64,000 nt of DNA from an uncultured Nitrospira sp. (GTDB taxonomy: Bacteria; Nitrospirota; Nitrospiria; Nitrospirales; Nitrospiraceae): the NCBI GenBank assembly GCA_964642845.1, contig CAZXRB010000001.1:19754-83753 (forward strand). The letters are read 5' to 3'. The position numbers and the translations under genes are program-made. Each line of letters starts with the position of its first letter. The stretch's first letter is position 1. Below are positions 33,295 through 44,298 of this stretch, in pieces. A model generated the notes under the pieces. The model was not told the DNA's origin, ran no database searches, and worked only from the letters and a program-made list of their open reading frames with translations.

Positions 33295-34352
33295 AGCCTG
33301 TATTGTTGTTCCACCCAACGACGATAGGCTCCGCTGGTCACATTGCGGACCCATGCCTGATGGTCCAGGTACCATCGGACCGTCTTCCGTATCCCGCTCT
33401 CGAACGTTTCAGAAGGCTTCCATCCCAATTCGCGCTCGATTTTGTCCGCGTTGATCGCGTACCGGCGGTCGTGGCCGGGTCGGTCCTCCACAAAGATGAT
33501 CTGACTCTCGTACCGTCCCCCGTCCGTTTTCGGATGCAGCTCGTCCAGAATGCCGCAGACCGTCCGCACGACGTCGAGATTCACCCGCTCGTTTTTCCCG
33601 CCGATGTTGTAGGTTTCGCCAACCCGGCCGGCTTCGAGCACACGGCGGATCGCGGCACAGTGGTCTCCGACATAGAGCCAATCGCGCACTTGCTGGCCAT
33701 CCCCGTACACCGGCAACGGCTTGCCAGCCAACGCGTGATGAATCATCAAGGGAATGAGCTTCTCTGGAAATTGGAACGGCCCATAGTTGTTGGAGCAGTT
33801 GGTGGTCAGGACCGGCAATCCGTACGTGTGATGGTAGGCCCGGACAAGATGGTCAGCCGCCGCCTTGCTGGCGGAATACGGACTATTGGGCTCATACCGA
33901 TGCCGCTCGGTAAAGGCCGGGGCGTCCTTTTCGAGCGAACCGTACACCTCGTCGGTGGAGACATGAAGAAAGCGAAAGGACGTCTTCGCCGCACCGGACA
34001 GGCCGGTCCAATACGCGCGCACGGTGTCGAGCAGGCGAAAAGTGCCCACGATATTCGTGTGGATGAAATCCTGGGGTCCGTGGATCGACCGATCCACATG
34101 GCTTTCCGCCGCAAAGTTCACGACGGCCCGCGGCGCATGCTCCGTCAGCAGCCGGGCCACGAGCGCGGTATCGCCGATGTCTCCCAAGACGAACTGATGG
34201 CGGCGATCGCCTTGTACCGATGCCAGGTTTTCAAGGTTGCCCGCATAGGTCAGCTTGTCGATGTTGATCACCACCTCGTCGTGGTGTCCCAACCAGTCCA
34301 AGACAAAATTCGACCCAATGAATCCGGCACCGCCGGTAACGAGGATGGCCAT
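33291..34352 (-). CDS. rfbB: dTDP-glucose 4,6-dehydratase
   Basis: [32 protein letters not shown] and PGHDRRYAI are RmlB motifs. Confidence 0.95.
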   Translation of the reverse strand: MAILVTGGAGFIGSNFVLDWLGHHDEVVINIDKLTYAGNLENLASVQGDRRHQFVLGDIGDTALVARLLTEHAPRAVVNFAAESHVDRSIHGPQDFIHTNIVGTFRLLDTVRAYWTGLSGAAKTSFRFLHVSTDEVYGSLEKDAPAFTERHRYEPNSPYSASKAAADHLVRAYHHTYGLPVLTTNCSNNYGPFQFPEKLIPLMIHHALAGKPLPVYGDGQQVRDWLYVGDHCAAIRRVLEAGRVGETYNIGGKNERVNLDVVRTVCGILDELHPKTDGGRYESQIIFVEDRPGHDRRYAINADKIERELGWKPSETFESGIRKTVRWYLDHQAWVRNVTSGAYRRWVEQQYRL

Positions 34353-34449
34353 TCTTCTCTCAGCCGCCTTTGCAGTTCGTCATCCCGGTTGTTGTTGAGG
34401 CAGGAAGCGGGCTCATACGCCAACAAAGCAGGTGGCCGAACATGATGGA

Positions 34450-35034
34450 TTACTGTTGTGCCGGTTCCTCCGACAGCGGCAGCGTATGATCGATTCGCGC
34501 GCCCGTATCCCGGATCGTCACACTGTCCGGCGTGATGGTCTTGAGCACGAGATGATCTTCGACCCGCTCTCCCACCTTGACGACCACGACTTCTTCATTC
34601 TTGCTCAAGACGGCCATATCTTTTTTCTTCTGCCGCTGGTCGCCGAGCCGGAGAAAGCCGAGATACCGATATTGCCCCAGCTCCAGCGTGCTGGCTTGCT
34701 GCGCCAGCGTGTGCTCGGACACCGGTTCAGCCGCCTCCGCAGCTGCTTCGTTGGCCATCGGCAGCGTTCCGTCCGGGCGGGGCACCGCAAAGATGTTGCG
34801 CGGCGTCGTAAAGGTGGCCTCGCGCTGGGTGCGTGCGGCGTCGAGCAAGGCGAGATTGACCCGCAGGCCACCCGGCGTTTCCCGCCCGGACACCCCGGAC
34901 GACGGCGGACCGGACACATTGGTGAGCGGGACGCGTATCGGCTCTTGGAAAGATCCCCACTGCCACCAGGCCAATCCCGCCCAGAGCAGCCCCAGCGCGG
35001 CCAGCAAAAATTCCTTTTTCCTGAACAGCGTCAT
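34450..35034 (-). CDS. PilP/GspC-like periplasmic component (single N-terminal TM plus C-terminal beta domain)
   Basis: N-terminal anchor FLLAALGLLWAGLAWW. The C-terminal YRYLGFLRLGD...AVLSKNEEVVVVKVGERVEDHLVLKTITPDSVTIRD resembles the PilP/GspC HR beta-sandwich. ATGA overlap with the preceding gene. Confidence 0.5.
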   Translation of the reverse strand: MTLFRKKEFLLAALGLLWAGLAWWQWGSFQEPIRVPLTNVSGPPSSGVSGRETPGGLRVNLALLDAARTQREATFTTPRNIFAVPRPDGTLPMANEAAAEAAEPVSEHTLAQQASTLELGQYRYLGFLRLGDQRQKKKDMAVLSKNEEVVVVKVGERVEDHLVLKTITPDSVTIRDTGARIDHTLPLSEEPAQQ

Positions 35035-35597
35035 GGCACCGCTCCCCGAGGCGGCGTGCCGGCCGCTTCCGCGCGCAAGTAGGTGGCGATCTTGATGTTG
35101 AAGGTCAGGCTCTGATCCGGCTGCGCCATGGAAGAGCTCAACTCCAAATCTTCAATGAACAACAGTTCTTCCGCGGTCTCCAAATCGTAAATGAACCGCC
35201 GCAAGTCTTCATAGCGCCCCGTCATCGATCCCTGCAGCAGCCCTTTGCTGGTATGCGGCACCGCGGTCGATTCCGTCCGGTACGACAGGGCTGGCAACGT
35301 CACACGGTCGCGCTTCGCTTCTTCGGAAATCCCCAAGGCCAAGGGTGCAAAGTCCCGCTCCGCCGGCAGCACGGCCCAGACCTGGCCCAGATCCTTCTTG
35401 GCTTTTCTCGCCTCGCGATGATGAGTGAGTGTTTGGCGCGCTGACGCCCACTCCTGTTCCAACCGCGCGCGGTCGCTTTCCATGACCACCGCCTGGTGCA
35501 GCCAAAGCCACAGAAGGAGCAGGCCGCTGGCGATGCCGACCCAGGGCAGCAGCGGGGCAACGGGTTGCTGGAGCAGGCGGAGAAGGCGATCGGCCAT
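35031..35597 (-). CDS. PilO/GspM-like inner-membrane component
   Basis: MADRLLRLLQQPVAPLLPWVGIASGLLLLWLWL (one TM), then a coiled-coil segment and a C-terminal ferredoxin-like part (GRYEDLRRFIYDLE...LFIEDLEL). Position is right after the PilN-like gene. The track ORF (to 36047) is an over-extension. Confidence 0.55.
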   Translation of the reverse strand: MADRLLRLLQQPVAPLLPWVGIASGLLLLWLWLHQAVVMESDRARLEQEWASARQTLTHHREARKAKKDLGQVWAVLPAERDFAPLALGISEEAKRDRVTLPALSYRTESTAVPHTSKGLLQGSMTGRYEDLRRFIYDLETAEELLFIEDLELSSSMAQPDQSLTFNIKIATYLRAEAAGTPPRGAVP

Positions 35598-35599
35598 CG

Positions 35600-36217
35600 C
35601 TATATCCCTTCCCGGCGATAACGCAGGCGCACCTCGAATTCCACCAGTCCGTTTGATCCGACGCGGTGCTGCGCCAAGACGGGCTCCTTGAAGGTGGGAT
35701 GGTCTTGGAGTCCCACGGTGAACGCCGTGATGTCTTCCAATGTCACCGCGGTTCCGAGCAGATGCACGCTGGTGCCTCCCGCATCCAAACGCACGCTGCT
35801 CAAGGCCAGGCGAGGCGGAATCGCTTGCTCCAAGCCGGTCAGGAATTTCGTCCACGAGAACATCCGCTTTTCCAACAGCTGATTGGCCATGGCCACTTCC
35901 GTAGGCAACCGGCGCAGCGATGCCTCGGACAGATCGATGCCCTCCTGCGCGGCCTCCGCAATCAGTTGCGCGTCTTGCTGGCGCACGCGCGCCAGTTCCG
36001 CGCGCAGGGTCCGGATTTCTTGATAGCCCATGAACGCGCGCCCGCAATCCCAGAGAACGCCCATCACGATCAGCACGCAGAGCGCGATGAAGGCCAGCCG
36101 GGCGGGCGCAATCGCGGGGCGGTAGCGGCTGCTGAGGTTAATGGTGAAGACCCGCCGGCTCCCTCCTGGGACAAGCCTCTCCAACAGCGCTCCACTTCCG
36201 AACCCTCGCCGAAACAT
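35600..36217 (-). CDS. PilN-like inner-membrane component
   Basis: The N-terminal FTINLSSR resembles the PilM-binding INLLP motif. It is followed by one TM (LAFIALCVLIVMGVLW), a coiled coil and a Fimbrial-assembly-like C-terminus. Start at ATG 36217, 2 nt after the PilM-like stop. Confidence 0.6.
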   Translation of the reverse strand: MFRRGFGSGALLERLVPGGSRRVFTINLSSRYRPAIAPARLAFIALCVLIVMGVLWDCGRAFMGYQEIRTLRAELARVRQQDAQLIAEAAQEGIDLSEASLRRLPTEVAMANQLLEKRMFSWTKFLTGLEQAIPPRLALSSVRLDAGGTSVHLLGTAVTLEDITAFTVGLQDHPTFKEPVLAQHRVGSNGLVEFEVRLRYRREGI

Positions 36218-36219
36218 GG

Positions 36220-37209
36220 TTACGCCACCCCCGCCATCGCCGCCAACGCCGCCATGCTGCGATGACTCTTGGCGGCGCCCCAGCCCAGCGCCTGAAGCGC
36301 TCCCCACCCCACTTGCTCGACCGAGAGATCCAACCCCGCTTCCACTTTCGCCTGTAAGACCGAGAGATCGCCGTCGGCGCAGATCACGGCTTCCTTCACG
36401 AGGGCCCTGGGGTACCGTTGCTGGCAGACATCGAGCGAGGCGCCGCATTCTTCAATGATTTTATTGAGCATCTCCGTCTCCGTCACGACGGACGTCGCCT
36501 CGCCGGGCAACAGCTTGCAGCGGTAGAACAGCAGTCGACCTCGCTGGAACACCATGGTGGTCAGCGCGCGATCCGCCACGTTGACCCAGAGAAAATCGCG
36601 CCGGTGCCATGCCGACCGGCCGGCGGCTCTGCGCCACAACTCGAACAGCTGCACACTGGTGACGCTGACATCGAGGGGAATCAATCCCGCGGATTCACAG
36701 AGCGATTCGTATTGGCCCAGCACTGACTCCTGAATCGCCACCGCGAAGACCGTGCGGGCGGCGTCCGCCTCCGCACCGTCGAAAACTTGATAGGCGACCT
36801 TGGCGCCCGCCAGCGGGAACAGTTGCTCCTGGCCGAGGCGCCAGCGGATCAGCGCCTCACGTTCGTCCGGCCGCGGCGGCAGCTGATCCAATTGAAGGAC
36901 GACCGCCCGCACGGCGGCGTCGGGCAGGAGGAGCACGATCGGACGCGGCAGTTCCTCGACCCATACCCGCTCACCGAAGCGCAGGCCCGGCGCCGGGCCG
37001 GCCAGAGAGCGAATCCTGGTTTCGACCATGGCAGGATCGGACATGTTCGGCTCGGCGGGGGACGGCTTCACGGCTCCCTCGGGAAGCGGCGACAGGGCGC
37101 ATCGCGACCGCGAGCTTCCGCGCCAGGTACGCCCGGCTTCGGCCCATGCCACGGCGTCGGCGCCGATTTTCAGGCAACGGCGCGGACGGCGCCTGGCCCA
37201 ATCCCACAT
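36220..37209 (-). CDS. PilM/GspL-like cytoplasmic actin-fold component
   Basis: 329 aa soluble protein immediately downstream of the ATPase and upstream of PilN/O-like genes. The pattern LKIGADAV...LPDAAVR...FAVAIQESVLGQYESLCESAGL...DVSVTSVQLFEL is PilM-like. Confidence 0.6.
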   Translation of the reverse strand: MWDWARRRPRRCLKIGADAVAWAEAGRTWRGSSRSRCALSPLPEGAVKPSPAEPNMSDPAMVETRIRSLAGPAPGLRFGERVWVEELPRPIVLLLPDAAVRAVVLQLDQLPPRPDEREALIRWRLGQEQLFPLAGAKVAYQVFDGAEADAARTVFAVAIQESVLGQYESLCESAGLIPLDVSVTSVQLFELWRRAAGRSAWHRRDFLWVNVADRALTTMVFQRGRLLFYRCKLLPGEATSVVTETEMLNKIIEECGASLDVCQQRYPRALVKEAVICADGDLSVLQAKVEAGLDLSVEQVGWGALQALGWGAAKSHRSMAALAAMAGVA

Positions 37210-37214
37210 CTCGG

Positions 37215-38942
<1,728 letters not shown>

Positions 38943-38985
38943 GGATGCTCCTGTGCGCTTGCGCTCAGCTGCATACCGCTCGCTC

Positions 38986-40200
38986 TCAACCCACCGTGCC
39001 GGCCATTTGGAAGACCGGCAGGTACATAACAATGACAATCCCGCCCACCAACACCCCCATGACGAGAAGCAGCGCCGGCTCGATCCAGGTGGTAACTTGC
39101 GTCAGCCTCGTGTCGAGGTCGGCCTCATAGAATTCGGCGACGTCCTTCAGCATGGTTTCCAACGAGCCGGTTTCTTCGCCGACGGACAACATTTCAATGG
39201 CGAGCTTGGGCAACACGGCCGGCCGGTCCAGGGCGGCCGCGAGTGTGGTGCCTTCCCGAATTTCGTTCACCGCCCCCCCCATTCCCTGAGCCACCCACCG
39301 GTTGGAGACCGCGCCCCGCGCGATCTGCAACGCATCGACCAAGGGTGTGCCGCCGGCTAAGACCGTGCCGAGCGTGCGGGTAAGCTGGACGGTGTTGTGC
39401 TTCACTGCAAGCGGCCCCAGCAGCGGCAGGTGGAGGAGCAGTCGATCGATGGCAAGATGCCCGGCCGCGGTGGCGTAGTAGGCCCGCAGCGCCACCAGTC
39501 CCGCAACCAGGAGAGCGCCGGCCGGCAGAAGGTACGTCTCGGCATGCTGCACGACATCTAGCAAGACTTGCGTGGCCCATGGCAAGGTCTTGGCCGACTC
39601 CCCATAGACCGAAACGAACGTCGGCATCACATAGATCAACAGAAACGCGATCACCGCCACACCGATGAGAACCAAGAACAGGGGATACGACAAGGCTTTC
39701 AAGACCTTTTGTCGCAGTCCGATCATCAACTTGAGATAGGAGACGTAGCGTTGGAGCACTTCAGGAAGATTCCCGGACTGCTCGCCCGCTCGCACCGTGG
39801 CGATGTACAGCTCCGGAAAGTAGGTCGGATGTTTGGCCAGCGCGTCCGAGGCGGCCGCGCCTCCCCGAATATCTTCACGCACCATACGCAAGGCCTGCTG
39901 AAACCCGGCATGGCCCGCCCGCTCGATCAACAGATCCCACACGCGCAGGACCGGCAAGCCTGACTTGACCAGCGCGAGCAGCTCCTGATTGAAGACAAGA
40001 AATTCGCCGAGGGGCAGCCGGCCCCAAGACCAGGACTTTGTCGGCGCAGCCGCCGCGCCGAGGCCACGGCGCTGAAGTTTAAAGACCAACAGCCCCTGGG
40101 ACTCAAGCTTGGCCCGGACACGGGATTCGTCGTCGCCTTCGATTTGGCCATCGAGCGTGGTACCATCCGGGCGAGCCACTCTGTAGGCAAAGACGGCCAT
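38986..40200 (-). CDS. GspF/PilC-family platform protein
   Basis: 404 aa with two T2SSF repeats (FNQELLALVKSGLPV..., LTRTLGTVLAGGTPLVDAL...) and three TM segments. Confidence 0.9.
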   Translation of the reverse strand: MAVFAYRVARPDGTTLDGQIEGDDESRVRAKLESQGLLVFKLQRRGLGAAAAPTKSWSWGRLPLGEFLVFNQELLALVKSGLPVLRVWDLLIERAGHAGFQQALRMVREDIRGGAAASDALAKHPTYFPELYIATVRAGEQSGNLPEVLQRYVSYLKLMIGLRQKVLKALSYPLFLVLIGVAVIAFLLIYVMPTFVSVYGESAKTLPWATQVLLDVVQHAETYLLPAGALLVAGLVALRAYYATAAGHLAIDRLLLHLPLLGPLAVKHNTVQLTRTLGTVLAGGTPLVDALQIARGAVSNRWVAQGMGGAVNEIREGTTLAAALDRPAVLPKLAIEMLSVGEETGSLETMLKDVAEFYEADLDTRLTQVTTWIEPALLLVMGVLVGGIVIVMYLPVFQMAGTVG

Positions 40201-40226
40201 TCAACACCTCGGCTGGAATAACGCCG

Positions 40227-40922
40227 CTATTCACTCGGCGTGCGCGTGGGATCGACGAGCCACAACGCCTGCCCGACTTCAATGCGCGGATCCGCGAGTT
40301 GATTGAAGGCCATCAGGCGTTTGAGCGGGACATGGTACCGCTGAGCGATGCTCCACAGCGTGTCTCCCGGCTTGATGACGATACGTGCCGGGGCAGCGGT
40401 CGGCTGGGGTTCTCTGACCGGGACTCCGTTCATCACCGCCGCGTCGGTCCTGGCTGGGCCGGGCCGCCGCGCAGCAGGCGGGAAGGCGGCGGGAGCGATC
40501 CCTGCGCGACTTTCGGAAGACGCCTTCCCGAGTTTGGAGAGTTGCTGCTGGAGCTGCTTCATCTGCTGGTGCAGCACAGCGCCCGTTTTGGCCACCCGTT
40601 CCCGCTCCGCCCGCGAGCTGGCCAATTCCTCGCGTTGCAAATCAATCACCTGGCGGGCCTCCAGCAGCCGCCGCTCCGCCTCGCGCACGCGGCCTTCCAA
40701 TTGGGCGCGCGCGATCTGCGCGTCGGCCAGTTCCTGCCGGCGAGCCTCCAATTCCGCGCGCAGCTCCGCGATGGTCCGCTGGGCATCCCGCACGCTGGTT
40801 TTCAGCGTATCCACCGTCAACTGGAGATCGGACACCTCGGGTTCGACCATCGGCTCCAGCGGACTGCAGGCGAGCGCCGCCAGAACGCCTGTCCCCATCA
40901 GACCGACGTGGAGCGACCGCAT
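40227..40922 (-). CDS. Coiled-coil protein with C-terminal LysM peptidoglycan-binding domain, possible lipoprotein
   Basis: LysM motif IKPGDTLWSIAQRYHVPLKRLMAFNQL...GQALWL. There is a long heptad-like stretch (LRAELEARRQELADAQIARAQLEGRVREAERRLLEARQ). The N-terminus reads GVLAALACS. ATG 40922 is preferred over 40946, which overlaps the upstream gene. Confidence 0.75.
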   Translation of the reverse strand: MRSLHVGLMGTGVLAALACSPLEPMVEPEVSDLQLTVDTLKTSVRDAQRTIAELRAELEARRQELADAQIARAQLEGRVREAERRLLEARQVIDLQREELASSRAERERVAKTGAVLHQQMKQLQQQLSKLGKASSESRAGIAPAAFPPAARRPGPARTDAAVMNGVPVREPQPTAAPARIVIKPGDTLWSIAQRYHVPLKRLMAFNQLADPRIEVGQALWLVDPTRTPSE

Positions 40923-40939
40923 CAGGGAGGACTGACGGC

Positions 40940-41338
40940 TTACCATTTGTTATACGGCGTCCCGTTGGTTCCCACGAGATCGGACCCGGAGTAGACGTCG
41001 AAGACGCCGCCTTCCGTCGGCTCGGTGATTTCCTGCCACGTGGTCGCTGAGTTCGTGAACGGATCTTTCGGTATTGCCCTCAAGTATCCGGCGGCCACGA
41101 GCCCTTCCAACGACGGTGGATATTTCCCCTTGTCGGCGCGATGCTGATCCAGCAAGTCACGCAGCGTGAAGAGATCGTGCCGCAACACCGTTTCCCGCGC
41201 CTTGATGAGCGATGTCTGATAGGACGGCACCGCGATGGTAGCCAAAATCCCGATAATCGAGACGACGATCATAAGCTCAACCAACGTAAAGCCCCTCTCG
41301 CCTCCGCCTGTTCTACCAATCCCGGTACTTGGTGCCAT
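40940..41338 (-). CDS. GspG-like major pseudopilin
   Basis: ERG/FTLVELMIVVSIIGILATIAVPSY (Glu at +5), followed by a GspG-like body (LRDLLDQHRADKGKYPPSLEGLVAAGYLRAIPKDPF). Confidence 0.8.
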   Translation of the reverse strand: MAPSTGIGRTGGGERGFTLVELMIVVSIIGILATIAVPSYQTSLIKARETVLRHDLFTLRDLLDQHRADKGKYPPSLEGLVAAGYLRAIPKDPFTNSATTWQEITEPTEGGVFDVYSGSDLVGTNGTPYNKW

Positions 41339-41819
41339 CGAGCGCGATCGCCTCGCTTTGCGTCATGACGTCATAGACGTCTTCGCCACACCAACTGGAC
41401 GGCTTGGGCGAATCCTTATAACAACGCAGGACCCAGTCCGCCTTCCCCGTGAGCGGATCCAGCGGCAGGACGCGCAGATACCGCCGGATCGTCGTCCCCC
41501 TGACTGTCGCCTCTTCTCCCGTCAATTTCACGCCGAGCAGCACGTCCAGGGATTTCGGGTAGCCGTAGATGCTGGCGACCTCTTTGCACGTGAGCTTGTT
41601 CTTGATGCACACCGGGCCGAGCAGCACCTCGCCGTCGCGGTTCCATTCGAGCTTGAAGGTATCGATGGCGTTGCGTACGGTCCGCAGATGCTGGCGCAGT
41701 TCGAGTTCCTGCGCGCGCTTGGTCGACACTTTGCTCAACGGCATGGCGACGGAAGCCAGAATCACGATAATGGTCATCGTGACGAGCAACTCCAGCAGCG
41801 TCACGCCGTCGTCTCTCAC
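41313..41819 (-). CDS. Pseudopilin (prepilin-type N-terminal domain)
   Basis: MRDDG/VTLLELLVTMTIIVILASVAMPL with Glu at +5. 168 aa. 4-nt overlap with the secretin stop. Confidence 0.65.
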   Translation of the reverse strand: MRDDGVTLLELLVTMTIIVILASVAMPLSKVSTKRAQELELRQHLRTVRNAIDTFKLEWNRDGEVLLGPVCIKNKLTCKEVASIYGYPKSLDVLLGVKLTGEEATVRGTTIRRYLRVLPLDPLTGKADWVLRCYKDSPKPSSWCGEDVYDVMTQSEAIALDGTKYRDW

Positions 41820-44146
41820 CGGACCCTCACGACTCCCTTGCCGATCTCGGCAGAGGAGGAGACGGCTTCACCGGCCGTCTCCGTCAGCTCGACGCGAACC
41901 GGAGAGACGCCCGGCGCCTTCGCCGTGAACGTGACGTTCGCGGATCGGGGCGCCCGGTGCAAGCCGCCGGTCATCCGAAACGCAATCATCCCCTCACGCT
42001 CGCCGTCCTGTTCCTGCGTGATGGCTTCCGCTTGCTGCAGGCGTTTGAACTGCAAGATTTTTGGATCGTATTCGAGCAAGAAGACGTCGCCCTCGGTTTC
42101 GCGGAGCCGGCCGTCCACAACCGCCAGCTTCACTTCTGTCCCGGATTGAACCGCCGTTTCATCCGGCTGGATCGCCAGCGCGGGGCCCGGCGTCGCCAAC
42201 TGGCTATACGTCTGGCCGCGAGCCCGCCCTTCGGTCGGTTGGACGGTGGCCTTCGCCGGCACCACCGATTTACCAGCCTGTCCATGAACGGGATATGACG
42301 AGACCGGCTTGGCCGCCGGGGAAAACACCGGGCTCGTGGCATAGCTGAATTCCGTCCCAGACCAGAACGCCTGATTAGCCGGTCCCGGCGGCGACATGGT
42401 TTCGGTGATGTGCGGGGTGATGGTCAAAATAACTTCCGTCGTGACACGTTCCGTTTTGAACGAACTGAGCAAATTGCCGATCAACGGCAGATCGCCGATC
42501 CATGGGATGGTGACGCGGGTGCGGCGATCCTCTTCCTGGATCAGCCCGCCCAATACGATGGTTTCTCCGTCACGCATGTTGAGCGTCGTCTCCGCCGAGC
42601 GGTTCCCGAAACGGAATTGTTGAATCGGCGGCGAGGCCTGGAGGGTCACCTGGTCCCCGATCCGTATCACTTCGATTTTCATCTTCAGCGACAGCTCGTT
42701 CCCCAGCCGGATCGACGGCTCGACGGTCAGCTTCACGCCGGTATCGCGGAATTCGATCGAGGTCACGGTGGAGGTGGTCGGTACCGCGCCGGTGGCCGCC
42801 TGGCCGGGCAGCACGTTCGTCGTCGAAAGGAGGATGGGCTGCTTGTCCCCGATATTGATCTCGGCTTTCTTGTTGTTCATGACGCGCACTTTAGGGGCCG
42901 CCAAGGTTTTCGCGTCGGACTCCTGTTTGAAGAAATCCAGCAACACGGTGGTGGGCAAGCGGAACATATAACTGTCCGGCCCCAAGCTGGTCAGCTGCCG
43001 GTAGGTCATCTGCACCGGATCGGCGCCCAGCGCGCCAGTGAACCCGGGCGGAATCAATCCGGCTCCCGCCTGTTTGGGATAGTTCAACCCATAGGTCTGG
43101 TTCTTGGTTCGATTGACTTCCAAGACCTCCAGGTCGAACAGCACTTCAGGCTCCTGCCGGTCGTTCGCCAAAATGATTTTTTCGGCCAACTCCAATTTTT
43201 CCGGCTGATCGCGAATCACAATGGCGTTCAACTGCTCGTTTGCATGGAGCCGCTTGGAATCCAGCATGCCCTTCAGCAACACCAGCATGTCCTTGGCTTT
43301 GGCGCTGGACAGGTAAAACGTGCGGATCATGAGATCCTGATACTGCTCTTGCTTCTGCTTAGTGTTGGGACTGACGATCAAGACGCCGGGGGACACGACG
43401 CGCGAGAAGAGGCTGTTGCTGTTCAGAATCAGATTGAGCGCATCTTCAAAGGGCGTATCTTGGACCGAAATCGAAATGGGATCGTTCCGGACATCCTTAT
43501 CAAAAATCACCGTAAAGCCGCCCGCCTTGGCCACGCCTTCCAGCACTTCCTTGATCCCGGCGTTGCGGAACTTCAGTGTGACCGGCTGCTTGAGCCGATC
43601 GTTTCTCATGACCGCTTGTTGCTCCTCGGTCAGGCGGCTGATGCTCTCCAGCGGCTCTCGAAACGTCGGATCCAATTCGGCGGCTCGGGCAAAGCCGTTC
43701 ATCGCCTCTTCCGTGCGGCCGAGCTGCGCGAGCCGTTCCGCTTCCCGGTAGTGCGACCGCGCTTCTTTCAAGCGGAGCGCTTCGGACAGGCTCGCCTGAT
43801 GCTCCGTGCTCGCGGGCTCGATGGTCAGGGCCCGCTTGAATTGATCGATGGCTTGATCGAGCTGATGCTCTTTGAGAAACGCCCGCCCCCGTTCTTCGTA
43901 CAGAGCTGCAGCCCGCTCTCTGGCCAGCGCGTATTTGCTCTGAAGCGAGGGATCGAAGGGATCGTCCTTGAGGGCCTGCTTATAGGCAAGACTCGCTTCT
44001 TCCCAATTGCCGGCGGCCAGATGCTGGTCACCTCGCGTGGCATCGGACGAAGTCAGCAAGGCGCATGCGGCTGAAGACGCCACCAGTAGCGCCAGTCCGA
44101 CACGCTTCCCGCAAACAGCGACGGCTTGCAACATCATCGACCCCAT
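41816..44146 (-). CDS. Secretin (GspD/PilQ family) with N-terminal TPR region and C-terminal cohesin-like extension
   Basis: Secretin C-domain: VLFDLEVLEVNRT..., TIVLGGLIQEEDRRTRVTIPWIGDLPLIGNLLSSFK...EVILTITPHI. N-terminal TPR-like repeats span aa ~38-165 (GNWEEASLAYKQALKDDP..., LDQAIDQFKRALTIEP..., EEAMNGFARAAELDP). A ~195-aa tail follows the secretin core. The leader reads LLVASSAAC. Confidence 0.85.
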   Translation of the reverse strand: MGSMMLQAVAVCGKRVGLALLVASSAACALLTSSDATRGDQHLAAGNWEEASLAYKQALKDDPFDPSLQSKYALARERAAALYEERGRAFLKEHQLDQAIDQFKRALTIEPASTEHQASLSEALRLKEARSHYREAERLAQLGRTEEAMNGFARAAELDPTFREPLESISRLTEEQQAVMRNDRLKQPVTLKFRNAGIKEVLEGVAKAGGFTVIFDKDVRNDPISISVQDTPFEDALNLILNSNSLFSRVVSPGVLIVSPNTKQKQEQYQDLMIRTFYLSSAKAKDMLVLLKGMLDSKRLHANEQLNAIVIRDQPEKLELAEKIILANDRQEPEVLFDLEVLEVNRTKNQTYGLNYPKQAGAGLIPPGFTGALGADPVQMTYRQLTSLGPDSYMFRLPTTVLLDFFKQESDAKTLAAPKVRVMNNKKAEINIGDKQPILLSTTNVLPGQAATGAVPTTSTVTSIEFRDTGVKLTVEPSIRLGNELSLKMKIEVIRIGDQVTLQASPPIQQFRFGNRSAETTLNMRDGETIVLGGLIQEEDRRTRVTIPWIGDLPLIGNLLSSFKTERVTTEVILTITPHITETMSPPGPANQAFWSGTEFSYATSPVFSPAAKPVSSYPVHGQAGKSVVPAKATVQPTEGRARGQTYSQLATPGPALAIQPDETAVQSGTEVKLAVVDGRLRETEGDVFLLEYDPKILQFKRLQQAEAITQEQDGEREGMIAFRMTGGLHRAPRSANVTFTAKAPGVSPVRVELTETAGEAVSSSAEIGKGVVRVR

Positions 44147-44298
44147 GACCTCTCTGGATTTCGAAAAGGAATAGACTTATGGAAGAACAATGCCAGGCGC
44201 GGGCCCTTCCATGTTCCTTCGAAGAGGCTGCCTGCTCGATATGGGGCCACAGTCTGCTGCAGGGAAAACCCTCCAGAATCAGCCGCAGTGTTCTCCTG

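Noticed and set aside
35598-36448. N-terminal extensions of track ORFs in the pil-like genes (35031..36047 and 35600..36448). The same pattern occurs for kdsD (to 3391), carB (to 17489), GspE (to 39038), rfbD (to 33375) and the GT4 (to 63449).
   Set aside because: The extensions overlap the preceding gene and are Arg/Gly-rich. Internal ATGs placed 0-4 nt from the upstream stop give proteins with canonical N-termini.
44181-44197. Sigma-54-like sequence TGGCAT-tgttc-TTCCA on the minus strand upstream of the secretin gene.
   Set aside because: The -12 element lacks the conserved GC dinucleotide (TTCC instead of TTGC). It is too weak to call as a feature and is mentioned only in the sigma-54 finding.
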